A stretch of 64,000 nucleotides of DNA from Bdellovibrionales bacterium (GTDB lineage: Bacteria; Bdellovibrionota; Bdellovibrionia; Bdellovibrionales; JAGQZY01), in assembly GCA_019750295.1 (NCBI GenBank), contig JAIEOS010000110.1, positions 11,239-75,238 of the forward strand. Direction: 5' to 3'. Made by a program: the position numbers and the translations under genes. This document shows positions 30,391 to 39,075 of the stretch, piece by piece (within the stretch, counting starts at the first letter, position 1; each line of letters starts with the position of its first letter). The notes under the pieces are model-generated. The model was given only the letters and a program-made list of their open reading frames with translations. It was not told the DNA's origin and did not search any database.

Positions 30391-31314
30391 ATGGCGTTTG
30401 ATTTTTCTAAGATTACCAAAAGATTTACGGGTGGGGATCGTCCCCCTTTCGAAAAATATTATTTTACGATTCTGATTCTTTTTGTGGCGTATCTTGTCGC
30501 CGATGTTTCTACCCTTTATGTGCGTCAGTATTTACTTCCGCAAAATCCACCCCCGCGAAAGATAGCACCTCCGGATCAGATGCAACGCAATTACACGTTC
30601 ACCGAAATCATTCCGCAAAATATTTTTAATGCCGATAAAAAAATCCCTCCTTCTTTGGGTGAAGTCGAAGGTGGTGGCGGCCCCGCCGATGGGGCACCTC
30701 GTTTGTCTCAGCTTCCACTGGAACTTTTAGGAACCATCGTGCACGCGGACCCTACGCGATCTTTGGCCACGATCGTTCTCAAAGGGCAAAATAAAGTGGA
30801 GCCATTTAGGGTGGCCGAGAAGATCATGGACCTTGCGGAGATCAAAGAGATTCAACGCGAAAAAATTATTTTTAGAAATCTCCGCACTCAGATTCTTGAG
30901 TATATTGAAGTCCCCAAAGATGAGCGGATCGTGATCAATACGCAGCGAGGAGCAAGTCTGCCCGGCCCAGCTCCTAAGACCACGGCGGATCAAACCGACT
31001 TTACATTTCCACGAGCCGAAATCGACAAAAAGTTAGAAAATCTCCAAGAGCTGCTTCAAGCCGCCCGAGTGGTTCCCGAAATCGGTCCTGACTCCCGAGT
31101 GGTGGGTTACCGAATGGTCGAGCTTCAACCCGGTAGTATGTTTGGAAAAATGGGAATGAAGCTGGGGGATGTCATCGAAGAAGTGAATGGCGTCGCCGTC
31201 ACCAATGCTCAACAGGCTTTGGAACTTTACCAAACCATGAAGAGCGAGAATAATTTTAAAGTAAAGATCAGGCGGAATGGGACGTCGGTCGACATGAACT
31301 ACACGCTTCAATAA
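30391..31314 (+). CDS. gspC: T2SS protein GspC with PDZ domain
   Basis: TM, NIFN, LELLGTI (HR domain) and GMKLGDVIEEVNG PDZ. Confidence 0.9.
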   Translation: MAFDFSKITKRFTGGDRPPFEKYYFTILILFVAYLVADVSTLYVRQYLLPQNPPPRKIAPPDQMQRNYTFTEIIPQNIFNADKKIPPSLGEVEGGGGPADGAPRLSQLPLELLGTIVHADPTRSLATIVLKGQNKVEPFRVAEKIMDLAEIKEIQREKIIFRNLRTQILEYIEVPKDERIVINTQRGASLPGPAPKTTADQTDFTFPRAEIDKKLENLQELLQAARVVPEIGPDSRVVGYRMVELQPGSMFGKMGMKLGDVIEEVNGVAVTNAQQALELYQTMKSENNFKVKIRRNGTSVDMNYTLQ

Positions 31315-31326
31315 GTTGAGCCCTCG

Positions 31327-31498
31327 CTTTTCCTGATTCTGAAATTCATCGAAAAATAATTAAAGACCTTTTGAGAGACGCGGGCTCCTGCCCTCGCCCG
31401 TTTTTTCGGGCAGGAGTCCCGAAAATCGCTTCACGCTAACGGGAGGTCTCTCCAAAGGTCTTTAATTATTTTTCGATGAATTTCAGAATCAGGAAAAG
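31327..31498. repeat. Long inverted repeat / REPIN-like element (53-bp arms, 1 mismatch)
   Basis: CTTTTCCTGATTCTGAAATTCATCGAAAAATAATTAAAGACCTTTTGAGAGAC (31327-31379) versus 31446-31498. Confidence 0.9.
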
Positions 31499-31862
31499 AA
31501 ACTCGCGCCCAAGCACGCTGAATGATTTTTCCGTTATAAAAATAAATATTCTTTAAAACGGAAAAAGCTGGAGTTCATTTTTTTGGGTGAGTGTTTATTG
31601 GGCGGTTTTGTTGGGATTTTGTGAGGGGGATTAACGTTTTTGTAGGTCTTGCGGTGCATTCAAAGGGTGTGGGTTATGGGAGGGATAAGCAGGACCCTGT
31701 TAGTGCGGTGGGCTTAAAAATATTACCTATACGTTTGTAAATTATCTGGATTCCAATTTGGTACCAGCGAGGATATCTGTGTCCTCGGGTCTGATTCGAG
31801 TGCGTGAGTGCGAGAGTCATTGGGTTTCAAAAAAAGGGAACAATTTATTCGGGGGAATAACT

Positions 31863-32519
31863 ATGAATTCGGTTCTAGTTTTTGCGGGGAGATCAGCGGT
31901 CGATAACGAATCGCTGAGATGGCAGATTTTGCGGGTGCCTGAGGTGACACAAGTTCTCAGAGAAGCACAAAAGGTGCTTGATGTTTGTGCGGGTGAGTCA
32001 AAAGACATAGTGAGTTTTTTACAGTCGGAAAACAAGGCCTACTTGTCGGGTGGATTGTGGAGAGAGCTGGCTTCTCAACTGATTCAAATCGGCCTCTACA
32101 GAAGATACAAAAAATTCTATTCAAATACACGCTTCCTCATCGGCGAAGCGGGAGCGGTTTCAGCCCTCAAGGTCTGCGTTCAGCAAGCGTCGATCACAGA
32201 TTTGGTGGTGGCGTTCACGGAACAAATGTCCGAGCGCGTGGAGAACGAAAAGTGCACCGAGTTTTTAGTGGGCCATGCTTTGGAAACGTCGAGAGTCTTC
32301 GAGGCCAAAGGCGACGCATACGAAATGATCTCCGAAGGAAAAGACACCTTGGGTCTAATTGATTTTGTCGCCAAAGACTTTTTGATTGATCAAGTGATCA
32401 CCTTTGGAACCATCGGTGGGATTGAGGCCGTACTGTCGATTCACGATCTCGGCATGATGGAATCTGTGGTGATGGATCCCCTCTTAGGGTGGTTGGTTCC
32501 GTACCTTAAAGCCGCTTAA
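31863..32519 (+). CDS. Hypothetical protein, possibly a degenerate FabD/acyltransferase-like fold
   Basis: VLVFAG start resembles FabD FxFPGQ; IQIGLYR resembles the QxAL helix; GHSxG is replaced by LIGEAG. Confidence 0.4.
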   Translation: MNSVLVFAGRSAVDNESLRWQILRVPEVTQVLREAQKVLDVCAGESKDIVSFLQSENKAYLSGGLWRELASQLIQIGLYRRYKKFYSNTRFLIGEAGAVSALKVCVQQASITDLVVAFTEQMSERVENEKCTEFLVGHALETSRVFEAKGDAYEMISEGKDTLGLIDFVAKDFLIDQVITFGTIGGIEAVLSIHDLGMMESVVMDPLLGWLVPYLKAA

Positions 32520-33331
32520 GAATTTTTTAGGGCTTGAAGTCCCTCGACGATATGTTCGAGGGCGAGAGCTAATTTTTTTTGTGTCTGTGCAAACAGCGTA
32601 TCGATCTTCTGTTTGGAAACTTCATTCATATAAGCGGCGCGGTTGAGCTCCACCTGAACCGTGTGATGCTTGAGCTCCGGGCGACCGTACATCTGCGTAA
32701 TACCGCCTCCAAAGTAAGGCCAATTGTAGGCCACACTGAATCCCACCTTCTGGTAGCTGTCTTGAATCAAATCAACGAAATCTTTTCGACTGCTTTTTCC
32801 ATGAAAATCACTCACGACAATATCGGCGCGCTTTTGCCCGGGATCGGTGTGCATGGCCGTCCCTTGAGAAGGCATGCTGTGCAGGTCGATATGAAAGATT
32901 TCGTCCTTTTTAAAACTTTTCCCCAGTTGAGCGACATTTTGATGAAAAGGAGTGTAATGCTCGCGAACGAGCTCATTATGCAGCTCCATCGGCATGGGCT
33001 GCGGAATGAGTTTTTCTCCAAAAGTTGTGATCGACCAATGTAACCCTTTGGGGTGGGATCCCACGGGAAATTGGGCTCCGATCACCGCATCGGCATCGAA
33101 CTCCTCCGGTTTGCGATTGAGATCGATCACGTAACGATGACAATGGGCTATAATGTGAGGAATTTTAAGATCGTCGATCGCAGGCTTGTACAATTGGTCG
33201 ACGTAGCGGTCCACATCGCGCATCAGTACCACTTCGGGTAAATTGAGCAGCCAAGGAGTGCTTGGTGGCACGAATTCACCCGAGTGGGGAATAGTAACGA
33301 AAAAAGCTTTTTTGGAGTCTTGAGAACCCAT
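32516..33331 (-). CDS. hutG: N-formylglutamate amidohydrolase
   Basis: IPHSG, D.YVD.LY, RYVIDLNR, DLHSMPS, N.PY.GG and QVELNR. Confidence 0.88.
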   Translation of the reverse strand: MGSQDSKKAFFVTIPHSGEFVPPSTPWLLNLPEVVLMRDVDRYVDQLYKPAIDDLKIPHIIAHCHRYVIDLNRKPEEFDADAVIGAQFPVGSHPKGLHWSITTFGEKLIPQPMPMELHNELVREHYTPFHQNVAQLGKSFKKDEIFHIDLHSMPSQGTAMHTDPGQKRADIVVSDFHGKSSRKDFVDLIQDSYQKVGFSVAYNWPYFGGGITQMYGRPELKHHTVQVELNRAAYMNEVSKQKIDTLFAQTQKKLALALEHIVEGLQALKNS

Positions 33332-33391
33332 TTAGCCCATGTTAATCTGTCGGAGCTTTTGAAGCAAGACGCACAGAACTTAGGAGCAGCA

Positions 33392-33967
33392 GTGACCACC
33401 TCAAAAATTTACACTCGAAGTGGCGATAAAGGCACGACTAGCCTAGTGACCGGCGATCGCGTCAGTAAATCAGATCTCCGTCTGGAGGTTTACGGCACCG
33501 TGGACGAGTTAAACTCCTGTGTTGGGGTTCTCATCGCATTCTTAGAAACTTCGCAAATTCCTGCGGACGCCTTCGCGGCGATGAAGAGCGCGCTCACCCG
33601 TGTCCAAAATCAGTTGTTTAACGTCGGCAGTCAGTTGGCGTGCAATGACAAAAAAATTGCGGAGAAATTACCGCAGATCGAATCCGCGCACATCCAGGCT
33701 CTCGAAAATGAGATGGATCGGATGTCGAATCACCTGACGGAGCTTAAAAATTTTATTCTTCCCGGAGGATCCCATCCCGGAGCTTATGCGCACATCGCAC
33801 GCACCGTTTGTCGTCGTGCCGAAAGAATGTGCTGCAAACTGGCCGAAGAGCAAGAGATTCCGGCTCTCATTATTCCTTACCTCAATCGTCTGAATGATTA
33901 CTTTTTTGTGTTGGCTCGTTACATTAATGCGGAACTTAAAGTCAAAGACGTGGTTTGGGAAAAATAA
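33392..33967 (+). CDS. ATP:cob(I)alamin adenosyltransferase (PduO type)
   Basis: KIYTRSGDKGTT, YGTVDELNS, FILPGG, RTVCRRAER and YLNRL. GTG start after AGGAG. Confidence 0.93.
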   Translation: MTTSKIYTRSGDKGTTSLVTGDRVSKSDLRLEVYGTVDELNSCVGVLIAFLETSQIPADAFAAMKSALTRVQNQLFNVGSQLACNDKKIAEKLPQIESAHIQALENEMDRMSNHLTELKNFILPGGSHPGAYAHIARTVCRRAERMCCKLAEEQEIPALIIPYLNRLNDYFFVLARYINAELKVKDVVWEK

Positions 33968-35083
33968 ATGTTTGATTTTGTAGAGGCCGAGGAGAAACAT
34001 TCCCCTCTGTTGCAAAAATTCTATCAAGAGCAGACCGTGGTTGGTCACGTGAACTTTGCGGTTCAGAGAACGCATAGTTTTTTCGATCACTACCGATTGC
34101 TTTCCGATGACTTCTCGACGGTCATGCTTCTGGATCAAGAGAGGAATATTGTTGCGGCCGCCACAATGACATTTGTTCGTGCTTACGTGGATCGTCAGGA
34201 GCAACTTGTCGCTTACATCAGCGATCTTCGAGTGGCCTCGCAGAGATTGGCCATTCAGCAGTGGGCCAATTATTTTGTCCCACACTTCTATAAAAAGATC
34301 GAAGAGAAAAAATCGAAATACGTGTTTACCGTCATCGAGCAGTACGAGAGTCAAGCCTACAACGCGCTTCTTAGGCCCCAAAAGCTAAAGCGCTCCTTGC
34401 CGCACTACTTTCTCCTTCGAAAGATGTATCAAGTGTTCTATTTGGGCATGTTGCCGTGGGCGGCTCGTCCCAGCACGACCATTCGTGTGACGCACGCATG
34501 GAGCAGCGATATCGAAGAGATCTGCGAATATCTGACTCAGAAAAAAGTGGGGAGTCCAATGTTTTCGCATCTGACTCCCGACGGACTGGCGCGCAAATTC
34601 GAAACTTGGCCTCAGTTTTTTATCAATAACTTTTTAGTCGCGCGGAACATGAAGAATCAGATCGTGGGTTGTATGGCTCCGTGGAACAATCGCGATGTTC
34701 AACAGCTGATCGTCAAAGACTACCACGACGAGGGACTTCTTCTTTATCAAACCACTCAGCTGGTTTCTCCACTTCGATTTATGCACGCCATGCCTGGAGT
34801 CGATAAGCCTGCAAGTCTTAAGTACATCACTCACTGTGCGGTGGATAATGCGGAAGTCTTTTATTCACTGATGTACAATGCCTACAACGAAACTCGTCGG
34901 GGTGAGATCCTTGTGCACACCAGTTTTTATGGGGACTATTTCACTCGCGCTCCCGAGAATTTCTTTTCGACGAAGGTGCCCTATGGTTTTTACACCGTTC
35001 TTCCGCCCGAGCAGGACCTTCCGAAGTTTTTACAGCCGAATCAGTTTACCCCTCCGCCGGACTTTAACTTCGTTCATCTTTAA
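33968..35083 (+). CDS. Hypothetical protein with GNAT-like fold
   Basis: AYISDLRV acetyltransferase-like motif; translationally coupled to the upstream gene. Confidence 0.5.
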   Translation: MFDFVEAEEKHSPLLQKFYQEQTVVGHVNFAVQRTHSFFDHYRLLSDDFSTVMLLDQERNIVAAATMTFVRAYVDRQEQLVAYISDLRVASQRLAIQQWANYFVPHFYKKIEEKKSKYVFTVIEQYESQAYNALLRPQKLKRSLPHYFLLRKMYQVFYLGMLPWAARPSTTIRVTHAWSSDIEEICEYLTQKKVGSPMFSHLTPDGLARKFETWPQFFINNFLVARNMKNQIVGCMAPWNNRDVQQLIVKDYHDEGLLLYQTTQLVSPLRFMHAMPGVDKPASLKYITHCAVDNAEVFYSLMYNAYNETRRGEILVHTSFYGDYFTRAPENFFSTKVPYGFYTVLPPEQDLPKFLQPNQFTPPPDFNFVHL

Positions 35084-35204
35084 AAAAGACACAGAAGACC
35101 TCATTTATCGAACCGAAAGGCTCACAGCCTCGAAGGTTTGCGTTGCAGTGCGAATCCCATCTGTTTTGGCTGACAATTTGGCGGTCTGCGTTTAATTTAA
35201 CTAC

Positions 35205-36692
35205 GTGTCATACCAAAGTTGGATTCGCCCCTTAGCATCTCTCAAGCTCGCGGTTGTGGTTATCCTCGCGATCGGAACTCTTATTGCTTGGGGAACGATT
35301 GTCGAAGCCAAATATAACGATTCGAAAATGGCTTTGGATTTGGTGTACCACACGTGGTTCTCTTACACGATCTTTGGAGTTTTCGCCGTCAATCTGATTG
35401 CGGTGATCATCAGCCGTTATCCTTGGAAAGCTCATCACATTGGTTTTATCAGTGCTCACATTGGAATTCTGTGTCTGCTCGCGGGTTCGCTCCTCACACG
35501 CTATTACGGAGTGGATGGCAGTATGTCGATCGGAGTGGGAGAAAAGCAAAACACGATCACGGTTTCTGAAATGGAACTCTTATCTTACGCCAGTGTGGGC
35601 GGAGATCGTTTTACACAACTTTCTCGGGATGAGGTGAATTTTATTAAAAATCCACCCAGCGAAAAAAATCCCTATGTGGTGTCTTTACCCGCCGGCGATA
35701 TTCAGATCACCGAGTTTTACCCTCATTCTGTTTACGACTTTAAGGTGATTCCATCAGACAACCCCACCGATGGGGCCGCGGTCCGCTTTCAACTTTCCAG
35801 CGAGCGAGCCACGCAGACGCAGTGGTTGTTTAGCAAAGTCGGAGGCAACGAGCTGGCTTTGGGTCCGGCCCGGGTGATTTTAAGTCGGGGTGATTACAAA
35901 TATGCCACCGGTAACGTTTTAGTTTTTGAAGTCGTTAACGACGACACTCTCAAGTATTCTGTCTACAGCGATCGCAAGAAGGGGCTCCTCAAAGAGGGGC
36001 AAATCAAAGCGGGAGAAAAGTTTGACGTCGGTTGGATGGACTTTCAATTGCGTTTGCTCAAGTACATTCCCCGAGCCAAAGAGCAGGTTTACTTCCGCAA
36101 GGTCGAAAAAGCTTCGGAAGCCACCATATCGGCCTTTAAATACACCTTTAAAGGAAAAGAGAACTGGATGGGGGCGAACTCGAGTGTAAGGCTCTACGGC
36201 GATTCCGAAATGTACGTGTTGAGCTATGGCAATCGACGTATTCCGGTGGACTTCCGCTGTATTGATTTTAATTATCTCAAGAGTCAAATGGGATCGGTGC
36301 AAGGCTTTTTGAGCTATTCCACAGCTCACTTCATGAATTTCTTTTTTGATTATCAATGCATGCCAAAATCTTTTGCGTTGGAACTTGTTGATTTTGAAGT
36401 GGGTCGTTACCAGGGCACCTCGCGGGCCGCGTTTTATAAGAGTAAAGTGCGATTGCCGACAGAAAATCGCGAGGTGGAAATTTCGATGAACGAGCCTCTC
36501 GACTTTAATGGACTCACTTTTTATCAGTCGAGTTATCGTGATGCTGAGAATGGTCGGCCAGCAGCGTCTATTTTTTCTGTGAACTTCGATCCCGGCCGAT
36601 GGGTTAAGTACATTGGCTCTCTGCTGATTGTTTTAGGGTCTATTCATCTTTTCTATCGACGATGGAAAAGAGCGAGGAGTTCTCATGCGTAG
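35205..36692 (+). CDS. resB: Cytochrome c biogenesis protein ResB/CcsB-like
   Basis: LASLKLAV, HIGF..AHIG, ISMNEPL, FYQSSY and DPGR..KY.G. Confidence 0.85.
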   Translation: MSYQSWIRPLASLKLAVVVILAIGTLIAWGTIVEAKYNDSKMALDLVYHTWFSYTIFGVFAVNLIAVIISRYPWKAHHIGFISAHIGILCLLAGSLLTRYYGVDGSMSIGVGEKQNTITVSEMELLSYASVGGDRFTQLSRDEVNFIKNPPSEKNPYVVSLPAGDIQITEFYPHSVYDFKVIPSDNPTDGAAVRFQLSSERATQTQWLFSKVGGNELALGPARVILSRGDYKYATGNVLVFEVVNDDTLKYSVYSDRKKGLLKEGQIKAGEKFDVGWMDFQLRLLKYIPRAKEQVYFRKVEKASEATISAFKYTFKGKENWMGANSSVRLYGDSEMYVLSYGNRRIPVDFRCIDFNYLKSQMGSVQGFLSYSTAHFMNFFFDYQCMPKSFALELVDFEVGRYQGTSRAAFYKSKVRLPTENREVEISMNEPLDFNGLTFYQSSYRDAENGRPAASIFSVNFDPGRWVKYIGSLLIVLGSIHLFYRRWKRARSSHA

Positions 36693-38289
36693 CTGGTTGT
36701 TACTGATGGTTCTGTCTTTGGCGGTCTCACCGGCGTTTGCCGAATTTACGATGGACACTTTGCCGATCCAAGATGGAGGCCGATTAAAGCCTTTCAACAC
36801 ATTTGCGCGAGAGTCTTTAACTCTTTTACACGGTCGCTCCAAATTCCAAGGTGAGGAGGCCACCAAAATTGTGACCACCTGGATGCTCGTGCCCGAAGCC
36901 TGGGATAATAAAGAATTTATCCGAATCGATCATTCGGGCTTACGCAAGTCCCTCGGTTTAAGCGAAGAGAAGGGGAAGCTCTTTTCCTTTCGTGAATTGA
37001 TGGAAAGTCAAAGGCTCGACGTGGTGATCGGGGAGCTGGCGGTTAAAACTCAAGACAAAGAGAAGTTGAATCCATTTTTTCAAGCGGCCCAAAGATTAAA
37101 CCATCAGTTGACCGTCTATCATGCGATCAAGCTCGGAGCCTTTCGAATCGTACCGAATGCGGATCCTCAGGATTCTTCTTGGCAGTATTACCGCGATCTC
37201 GAAGAGCCTTTGAGAGAAAAATTCCAAAAAGTTTTAAACACCTATGCGCTCACATTCACGTCAGCACCGACTCCGGCATCGGAGGCCGAGCTCAAGCTCG
37301 CCATTGAAAACTTCGTCACGGCGGCGAAAGCCGTCAATCCCCAGAGTTATCCTTTAGAAAAGCCGATGAGGATTGAGACTCATTACAATCAATTCCATCC
37401 CTTTATGTGGGCCTGGATCATCTATTTAATAGCGATGATTTTCTTTTTCCTCAGCATTTTGTTTAAGGAAAAGAAGACGGCCGCCGTGGGCTGGATCTTG
37501 TCAACAGTGGCCTTTCTTCTTCACACTTACGGTTTTGCTCTGCGAGTTTATATAACGGAGCGCCCTCCGGTTTCGAATATGTACGAAACTGTTGTGTGGG
37601 TCGGGTGGGGCACCATCGTATTTGCAGCCGTACTGGCCTTTGTTAAGCGGGGACCTTTTGCGATGCTTGCGGGGACCGCGGTGGCGGCCATTTGCATGGT
37701 GGCGGCGGACTTCGCTCCGTTAATTTTGGATGGTTCGCTTCAGCCCCTGGAGCCCGTACTGCGAAGTAACCTCTGGTTGGTGATTCATGTGATGACGATC
37801 ACTCTGGCCTATGCGGCCTTTTTCTTGGCTTTGGGGATCGGGAATGTCGGTCTCTTCTATATGATAAGGACAGAAAATCGAGAATCAGCAACAATCCGCG
37901 AGCTTGTCGACACTTGCTATAAAAGTTTGCAAGTGGGAGTGGTGCTCCTCGCGGCCGGGACTATTTTAGGTGGAGTGTGGGCCGACTACTCTTGGGGCCG
38001 TTTTTGGGGCTGGGATCCTAAAGAAACTTGGGCTCTCATCGCGCTTCTCGGTTACCTCGCCGTACTTCATGGAAGGCTTGCGGGCTGGCTTAAAAACTTT
38101 GGAATGTTCGCTGGGGCCGTCATTGCCTTTAATTTGGTCATCATGGCTTGGTACGGAGTGAATTTTGTTCTCGGTGCGGGACTTCATTCCTACGGATTCG
38201 GGGCCGGCGGCATCGAGTACGTCTCGGTTTTTGTCGGAGCTCAGTTACTTTACGTTGTTTACTCGGGCATTATCAGTCTCAGAAATTAA
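36685..38289 (+). CDS. ccsA: Cytochrome c biogenesis protein CcsA/ResC
   Basis: PVSNMYE, WLVIHV, WWD domain GGVWADYSWGRFWGWDPKETW and GLHSYG. Confidence 0.94.
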   Translation: MRSWLLLMVLSLAVSPAFAEFTMDTLPIQDGGRLKPFNTFARESLTLLHGRSKFQGEEATKIVTTWMLVPEAWDNKEFIRIDHSGLRKSLGLSEEKGKLFSFRELMESQRLDVVIGELAVKTQDKEKLNPFFQAAQRLNHQLTVYHAIKLGAFRIVPNADPQDSSWQYYRDLEEPLREKFQKVLNTYALTFTSAPTPASEAELKLAIENFVTAAKAVNPQSYPLEKPMRIETHYNQFHPFMWAWIIYLIAMIFFFLSILFKEKKTAAVGWILSTVAFLLHTYGFALRVYITERPPVSNMYETVVWVGWGTIVFAAVLAFVKRGPFAMLAGTAVAAICMVAADFAPLILDGSLQPLEPVLRSNLWLVIHVMTITLAYAAFFLALGIGNVGLFYMIRTENRESATIRELVDTCYKSLQVGVVLLAAGTILGGVWADYSWGRFWGWDPKETWALIALLGYLAVLHGRLAGWLKNFGMFAGAVIAFNLVIMAWYGVNFVLGAGLHSYGFGAGGIEYVSVFVGAQLLYVVYSGIISLRN

Positions 38290-38312
38290 AACGCAGTGGA
38301 GATCGCTGCGTT
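38290..38312 (+). terminator. Hairpin after ccsA
   Basis: AACGCAGTG-GAGAT-CGCTGCGTT directly after the stop; weak U-tract. Confidence 0.4.
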
Positions 38313-38515
38313 CAGAATGACGTCGGCAGCCTCCATTCAGATATTTTTCCGGTGATAAAGGATTTCAATTAGATGGTGCACTGTGTTTTCTCCCGCGTCT
38401 TTATCAAATTGTTTTCAAAAAAAGATTTTCATCCTTATCATTATTAGTTAATAGTTATTTCACTAGTAACACATAGTTAACTCAGTTTTTGTCGTTGCAT
38501 CAGAGAGGAGAACGG

Positions 38516-39067
38516 ATGGCATCTCATCACCGAATCCGGTGGCCCAAGATCATGCTCACGTGGATTTTTTTAGTTCCATTACTTACCGGCTGTAAATGGG
38601 GTCATATTGGCTACAACACCGGCTATGCACCGGAGCAACCGCTCCCATTTTCCCACAAACTTCATGCGGGTGAAAACAAGATCCAGTGTTTGTACTGTCA
38701 CTCCACTGTGGAAGTGTCGGAGCATTCACCGGTGCCACCTCTTAACGTTTGTATGAATTGTCACATGTTGGTGGCGACGGACAAAGAGCCCATCAAAAAA
38801 CTTCAACAGAAGTACTTCGCTGGGGAAACCATTGCGTGGACGAAGGTTCACATGCTCCCCGATCACGTGAAGTTCAATCACAAGCGCCACGTCCATACGT
38901 TTAGTACTCCTGACGATCGTTACGTCGCCTGCCAAAAGTGTCACGGACCTGTGGCAGAGATGGATGTTATTGAGCAAGTGAACAGTCTCGCTATGGGCTG
39001 GTGTGTGAATTGCCATAGAGAATCTGATCCTAAAGGCCCACTCAACTGTTCGACGTGTCACCACTAG
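38516..39067 (+). CDS. actA: Alternative complex III pentaheme cytochrome c
   Basis: PEQPLPFSHKLHAG; five CxxCH motifs (CLYCH, CMNCH, CQKCH, CVNCH, CSTCH). Confidence 0.92.
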   Translation: MASHHRIRWPKIMLTWIFLVPLLTGCKWGHIGYNTGYAPEQPLPFSHKLHAGENKIQCLYCHSTVEVSEHSPVPPLNVCMNCHMLVATDKEPIKKLQQKYFAGETIAWTKVHMLPDHVKFNHKRHVHTFSTPDDRYVACQKCHGPVAEMDVIEQVNSLAMGWCVNCHRESDPKGPLNCSTCHH

Positions 39068-39075
39068 AGGAATTT

